64,000 bases of DNA, from positions 64,001 to 128,000 of the forward strand of contig JANOAV010000157.1 of the NCBI GenBank assembly GCA_031411295.1. Direction: 5' to 3'. The notes below the pieces were generated by a model. That model had not been told where the DNA came from. It saw only the letters and a list, made by a program, of their open reading frames with translations, and made no database searches. Shown here piece after piece: positions 25,601-30,628 of the stretch (within the stretch, counting starts at the first letter, position 1; each line of letters begins with the position of its first letter). This DNA is from Verrucomicrobiales bacterium. Lineage in GTDB: Bacteria; Verrucomicrobiota; Verrucomicrobiia; Verrucomicrobiales; V1-33. Made by a program: the position numbers and the translations under genes.

Positions 25601-26076
25601 CCGTCGCTGGCACCGTAACCAACGTAGTTAATACCCGTCTAACCTTGACGTGGGCCAGCACCGTGATCTTGGAAAATCTCAAGGGTGGCAGTGGGAATGA
25701 TACGTTGATCGGGAACTCCGCCAGCAATGTCATTACCGGTGGCGCAGGCGACGATGAGATCGACGGTCGCGCTGGCGTCAACACGCTTGCGGGTGGGGCT
25801 GGAGATGATCATTACTACTTCGATCTAGCCTTGGCGGGCAGAGACATCAATGGCGATGGGATCTGCAGCGCGACCGATGAACTCACGCTTGGAAACGTCT
25901 GCACGATTTGTGATAACACGATCACCGAACTGGCTGGTGAGGGTGACGACACCATCGAAGGCGCCGGTGGCGGCCTCGTCACGCTTACTTGGACCACTTT
26001 CAACATTCCCGACCCCGCATACCCTCTCTTCCGCATTAAATTTACCACCGCCTCAACCGTGGAGCATTCACTATGA
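7612..26076 (+). CDS. Giant (~6150 aa) extracellular LEPR-xLL-leader protein with RTX Ca-binding repeats, Calx-beta and SdrD-B-like domains; putative adhesin or surface protein
   Basis: Open frame 7570-26076; probable GTG start at 7612 (uncertain). [13 protein letters not shown] at 7645-7683 and no Sec signal peptide. Many GGxGxD nonapeptides from ~17850. SdrD-B-like modules ([26 protein letters not shown]). Calx-beta modules ([15 protein letters not shown]...[10 protein letters not shown]...[11 protein letters not shown]). Confidence 0.9.
   Translation: [6154 protein letters not shown]
9931..11900 (+). repeat. Five degenerate ~130-140 aa beta-rich repeats within the giant protein
   Basis: Repeat anchors [10 protein letters not shown] (9931), [10 protein letters not shown] (10312), [10 protein letters not shown] (10705), [10 protein letters not shown] (11107), [10 protein letters not shown] (11533). 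Each is followed by an (S)NG(x)G(x)(F/L)...G(M/V/I)AG segment. Confidence 0.8.
22987..25830 (+). repeat. About six ~95-100 aa RTX-associated repeats ([21 protein letters not shown]...DTLDFS...NANLT...ENxxGG)
   Basis: Copies start near 22987, 23281, 24595, 24880, 25159 and 25462, plus a partial copy near 25790. Confidence 0.85.
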
Positions 26077-29000
26077 AAACTTCCACTTTCAAACTAACAC
26101 TCGCCCTGCTTAGCGCAGGATTTATCGCCACGTTTTCGAATGCCGTTGCCGCCAGTATCAATTGGAATGGCACCGTCAACGGCACTTGGAACATCGGTGC
26201 CACGGGCACAGCCAATTGGCTGGATTCAACGGGGAACGCCAAAACGTTCTTCAACGCAGATGCCGTTACCTTCAGTGATGCCGCCACCGGTCCCACTACG
26301 ATTACTTGCTCAGGCGGACCTGCTCCGGCCAGCATGACGTTTACGAACAATACCAAAAACTACACCATCACTGGGCCCCTTACCGGGAGCGGTGGTATCA
26401 CCAAGAGCGGATCGGGAGTCGTCAACTTGCTGGGCGCGAATACTTTTACCGGAGGCATTTCGTTGCTGGCCGGCACGTTCGCCATGGGCGGCAGCAACGT
26501 GCTGCCGGACACTTCGCCTGTTGTTTTCAATGGCGGGAAACTTTCCACGGGTGGAAATTCTGACCTCGTGGGCCCGTTCGCGTTAGTGGGAAATTCCACC
26601 ATCGATATGGGCGCAGGAAATTCCATCCTGACATTTGCCGACGATACCGATTGGTCATCCACAGCTACGCTCACGATTTTGAACTGGACCGGCACTGCGG
26701 GCCAGGCTGGCGGCACGGATCGGGTCGTGTTCAGTAAACTCAGTATCGCACCGACGACTGCCGCGCTGGCAAATGTGCAATTCTACGATGCCGCAGGATC
26801 CGCCATCGGCAGCGGGGCCGTGCTGATCAATAATGAACTGGTGCCCGCAGCGGCTGCCGTGCCGCCGATTACGATCATCTCTGGCGTAGTGGATGTGGAC
26901 AACAATAACGTTTTCGATCATCAAGGCGAAACGCCGGAATACATCGTGATTAAGAACAGCGGCACCACTACCGTTTCCCTATCAGGATGGACGCTTTCCA
27001 ATGATCCGCAGCAGCCATCCCTGTGGGCGTTTCCCACCAATGCATCCATCGCAGGTGGTGACACCAAAATCATCTTCGCGTCTGGAAAAAATCGCACCAA
27101 CGCAGAGCCTTACGCCACCAATTTCCGCCTGCCTTGTCCGCCGGCTCCGATCGCCTGCCTTTACCAGCAAGCCGTCCTCCGATCCCAACTAACCGTGCGC
27201 GGAACTGGATGTCGGCCCTGCACCAACCTGATTCAAAAGGGCACCCCACTTTCTTGGATCATTCCGGACACCACATTCTCCTCCGTCGGCACCACTTGGA
27301 CCACGCCGAATTACAATGCCGGGCAATGGAGCACGGGCGCCAATTGCATCGGCTACGATGGCGATCCCATTTGCGATAACCTAATTTTATACAGCACGTA
27401 TAACAGTGCCGACGTGGACACCATCAATAAGATTATCTTCGACACCAGTGGGCCAATCCTGCATCCCGGAACCTATCCCTCCACTGGGGTTACCTTCCCC
27501 GCAGCGGGCAGGGTCTCGAATGCAGTCCAGTTCACGGGGGTGGTGGCTCCGGCCTCCATGGTTACTTACGTGCATCATGAGGAACTCAATCCCACTAATA
27601 AGGATTACACCTTCGCCATCTGGGTCAGCCCGACAAACCTCTCCGGTTCTCCACAGATCGTCTATCATAAAATGGATGTCCCCACCAGCACAGGATATTA
27701 TTTGAGCATTGATGGTGATGGAGGCGCCACCTTCGGACTCGCGGCGGGGAGTAATCAGATCTTTACGGTGCGCACCTTGCAGCCCATCACTGCCAATGGT
27801 TGGACCCACTTGGCAGCGGTGATAGATCGCACTAATAATGCGCTCAAATTGTATCGTGGCGGCACTTTGGTAAACACTACCGTCCTGCCAGGGGCTGCTG
27901 CCTTTAGCGTCGCTAACACGAAGGCGTTGATCTCTGCCCAACCCTTCAATGCCGCGACCCAGATACCATTTACGGGTCGCCAGGATGAGTTCGCCATCTG
28001 GGGACGGGCGCTTCCGGCCACGGAGATTGCCACCGTGGCCAGTCAGGGACTAGCGGGTCTTTCCTTCAAAGTGGCCCCTGCCGGCCAGACCTACAGTCCG
28101 CCCTACAACACACTCATCACGACGAGTGTGAAGACGGCCATGAAAGGTGTCAACACCAGCGCCTACCAACGCATCTCGTTTACGATTCCAGATGCCACTT
28201 TAGTTACCAAGCTACAATTAAGCATAAACTATGACGATGGTTTCATCGCCTACATCAACGGCACCAAAGTTGCCGAGCGCAATGCGCCTGCGCCACCTGC
28301 TTTCAACTCCGCAGCCACCATTGATCGTCCGGATACCGATGCTCTGACCGCCGAGATCATTGATTTGACGGCCTTCAAGAGTTTGCTGGTCACTGGTTCA
28401 GGAAACGTGCTGGCCATTCACGGCTTGAACGCTGGCATCGCTGATCCTCGATTCCTCATCTGCCCGGAATTGTGTATTGAAGAAAATTCTAGCAATGCCT
28501 GCTTCTGCTCCACTAATGGCAGGAATTTCTGGATCGCCTTCCCCGGCAATGAGCCGGATGAAACCACGAATCCGCTTGTCCTCAGCGTCTGCATCACTGG
28601 CACTACTGGCACCACCGGGGTGGTCACAGCCCCCTCCATCGGACTGAGCACCGCCTTCACCATTCCTGCCTCCGGTTCCATTACCATTCCTCTCGACAAG
28701 AAGCTCAGTTTAGAAGCGAGCGATACGATTGAGTCCAAAGCCGTCCGCATCGTCGCGAATCAAGATGTAGCGGTCTATGCCAGGAGTCGGGAGGATTACA
28801 CTACAGACACCTATCTGGCCATCCCTGCCGCCTGCCTGGGGAGCGAGTATCTTGTGCTAGGCTACAAGAATTTATGGCAGGGGTTCCCGGACTTAAATGG
28901 CTCTCAGTTCGGTATTGTGGCTCCGGCGGACAACACCCGCGTCACAATCAAGCCCAGTAAACTCACCAACGGCCACCCCGCCGGAGTTCCCTACTCTTTC

Positions 29001-30437
29001 ACGCTGATGCAAGGCCAGACTTATTTCCTGCGGAATACCACGGCCGACACCACCCCTGATCTCGATGATCTCAGCGGCACAGAAATTCTATCCGACAAAC
29101 CCGTGGCAGTCATGGCCGGCCATCGTTGCGCCAATATTAATGGACAGACTTTTTTCTGTAACCACATCGTCGAACAATTGCTCCCAGTTCCACTTTGGAG
29201 CACGGAATACGTCAGCAGTCCGCTGAAAACGCGCACCAACGACACCTTCCGCGTGATCGCCTCCAGGAACTCCACGCTGGTGTATTTCGATGGCGTAGCC
29301 AAAGCACTGCTTAATCGGGGCGAGATTTTTGAAACCGTGGAAAGCGTCGCACGGGTGATCTCAGCCAATGCCCCGGTGCTGGTTGCGCAATACGCCAACA
29401 GTTCTGATTACGACGGAGTCGCCAATTCCGATCCAGCTCAAATCAACCTCCAGCCGACTCGCAGTTGGCTGGGAAGTTACAAAGTGTGCGTTCCTCCAAG
29501 CAATGAGTTCAGCAAGAGTTACGTTAACGTTGTGGCCGGATCCTCTGCCGATATTGCCAGCATCATAATCAGCCCGGCTGTTATCTCCACGGAAGGCCCC
29601 TTCGCCACGCCAGGCGGTAAAGCCTACGCCCGCTACGAAGTCAGTCCCAGCACGACTTATTCCTTTAGTGGCAAATCATTCGGTCTGATCCAATACGGAT
29701 TCGATACGTATGACGCTTATGGGAACAGCGGAGGCATGGGGTTCAATGATTTCTTCCCGCCCACGTTCGGAACCTGTCCGAGCGATCTGACCATCTACTG
29801 CACCAGCACCGTGGCCGCGTGCACCGCTCCCATGCCTGATCTGATTCCTCAACTCAGCATCACGGACAACTGCTGCTCCTATGCGAGCTTGACGCTGCGC
29901 CAAAGCATCGCCGCGGGAACCCTGCTTTCCGAAGGAGATTATGTCGTCACCATTACCGCCACGGATTGCGTGCAGAATACCAGCACCTGCGTGATCAACC
30001 TCCACGTTCGCCCAAACTGGCAAGCCAGCAATTTCCCCACCACCTACGGCAATGCAGCCTTGGAATTGACCACGTGGGGTTGGACCGCCGATAAAGATCG
30101 CGACGGCATCCCTAACAATATGGAGTATGCCCTGGGCACTGATCCTAACGTGGCCAACGACCTCTCCAACATCGTCAAAGTAAACTTAGTGAACAGCGGC
30201 AACGATCAGTTCCTGGAAATCTCCTACCGCCGGCGCCTCGACGATCCCAGCTTGGAATACATTTGCCAAGGCAGCCCCGACCTCCAGAACTGGACCCAAA
30301 GCCTGGGCCACTTCGAAGTCCGCAGCGTCGCCCCGGATGCCCTCCCCGGTTATGAAAGAATCACCGAACGCTGCCTGGAATCTCCCACCTTTAACAATAT
30401 GAGATATTACCTGCGGCTAAAACTGGTGCAGCGCTGA
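26073..30437 (+). CDS. Large secreted multidomain surface protein: autotransporter-associated beta-strand module, lamin-tail, LamG-like, jelly-roll, IgGFc-binding-like, HYR-like, and a verrucomicrobial C-terminal domain
   Basis: Sec signal MKTSTFKLTLALLSAG...AVA; GGITKSGSGVVNLLGANTFTGG; PEYIVIKNSGTTTVSLSGWTLS; WTHLAAV...FTGRQDEFAIW; STNGRNFWIAF...DTYLAIP...HIVEQLLPV; C-terminal DKDRDGIPNNMEYALG...RYYLRLKL. ATGA overlap with the giant gene. Confidence 0.85.
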   Translation: MKTSTFKLTLALLSAGFIATFSNAVAASINWNGTVNGTWNIGATGTANWLDSTGNAKTFFNADAVTFSDAATGPTTITCSGGPAPASMTFTNNTKNYTITGPLTGSGGITKSGSGVVNLLGANTFTGGISLLAGTFAMGGSNVLPDTSPVVFNGGKLSTGGNSDLVGPFALVGNSTIDMGAGNSILTFADDTDWSSTATLTILNWTGTAGQAGGTDRVVFSKLSIAPTTAALANVQFYDAAGSAIGSGAVLINNELVPAAAAVPPITIISGVVDVDNNNVFDHQGETPEYIVIKNSGTTTVSLSGWTLSNDPQQPSLWAFPTNASIAGGDTKIIFASGKNRTNAEPYATNFRLPCPPAPIACLYQQAVLRSQLTVRGTGCRPCTNLIQKGTPLSWIIPDTTFSSVGTTWTTPNYNAGQWSTGANCIGYDGDPICDNLILYSTYNSADVDTINKIIFDTSGPILHPGTYPSTGVTFPAAGRVSNAVQFTGVVAPASMVTYVHHEELNPTNKDYTFAIWVSPTNLSGSPQIVYHKMDVPTSTGYYLSIDGDGGATFGLAAGSNQIFTVRTLQPITANGWTHLAAVIDRTNNALKLYRGGTLVNTTVLPGAAAFSVANTKALISAQPFNAATQIPFTGRQDEFAIWGRALPATEIATVASQGLAGLSFKVAPAGQTYSPPYNTLITTSVKTAMKGVNTSAYQRISFTIPDATLVTKLQLSINYDDGFIAYINGTKVAERNAPAPPAFNSAATIDRPDTDALTAEIIDLTAFKSLLVTGSGNVLAIHGLNAGIADPRFLICPELCIEENSSNACFCSTNGRNFWIAFPGNEPDETTNPLVLSVCITGTTGTTGVVTAPSIGLSTAFTIPASGSITIPLDKKLSLEASDTIESKAVRIVANQDVAVYARSREDYTTDTYLAIPAACLGSEYLVLGYKNLWQGFPDLNGSQFGIVAPADNTRVTIKPSKLTNGHPAGVPYSFTLMQGQTYFLRNTTADTTPDLDDLSGTEILSDKPVAVMAGHRCANINGQTFFCNHIVEQLLPVPLWSTEYVSSPLKTRTNDTFRVIASRNSTLVYFDGVAKALLNRGEIFETVESVARVISANAPVLVAQYANSSDYDGVANSDPAQINLQPTRSWLGSYKVCVPPSNEFSKSYVNVVAGSSADIASIIISPAVISTEGPFATPGGKAYARYEVSPSTTYSFSGKSFGLIQYGFDTYDAYGNSGGMGFNDFFPPTFGTCPSDLTIYCTSTVAACTAPMPDLIPQLSITDNCCSYASLTLRQSIAAGTLLSEGDYVVTITATDCVQNTSTCVINLHVRPNWQASNFPTTYGNAALELTTWGWTADKDRDGIPNNMEYALGTDPNVANDLSNIVKVNLVNSGNDQFLEISYRRRLDDPSLEYICQGSPDLQNWTQSLGHFEVRSVAPDALPGYERITERCLESPTFNNMRYYLRLKLVQR

Positions 30438-30628
30438 ACTGCCTAAGGCGCTCCCGGCTTGCCGAGGCCCGCCTTGGAGACGCTGGGAGAAATTGTTGCA
30501 TTTAGGATTGATTTCAGACGCGAAATTTTGCATCCTGTGCGTGTGGGGGCGTGGCTTAGGGGATTTCCCCATAGGCCTCGCTCTCTTTCATTTCTCGATT
30601 GCTCCCTCTTTGGTCCCCTCCCCTCCCC

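Noticed and set aside
22987..25830. Regularly spaced DNA similarity suggesting a CRISPR array or DGR repeats
   Set aside because: In-frame protein repeats with synonymous divergence; no cas or reverse transcriptase gene, and no identical repeats.
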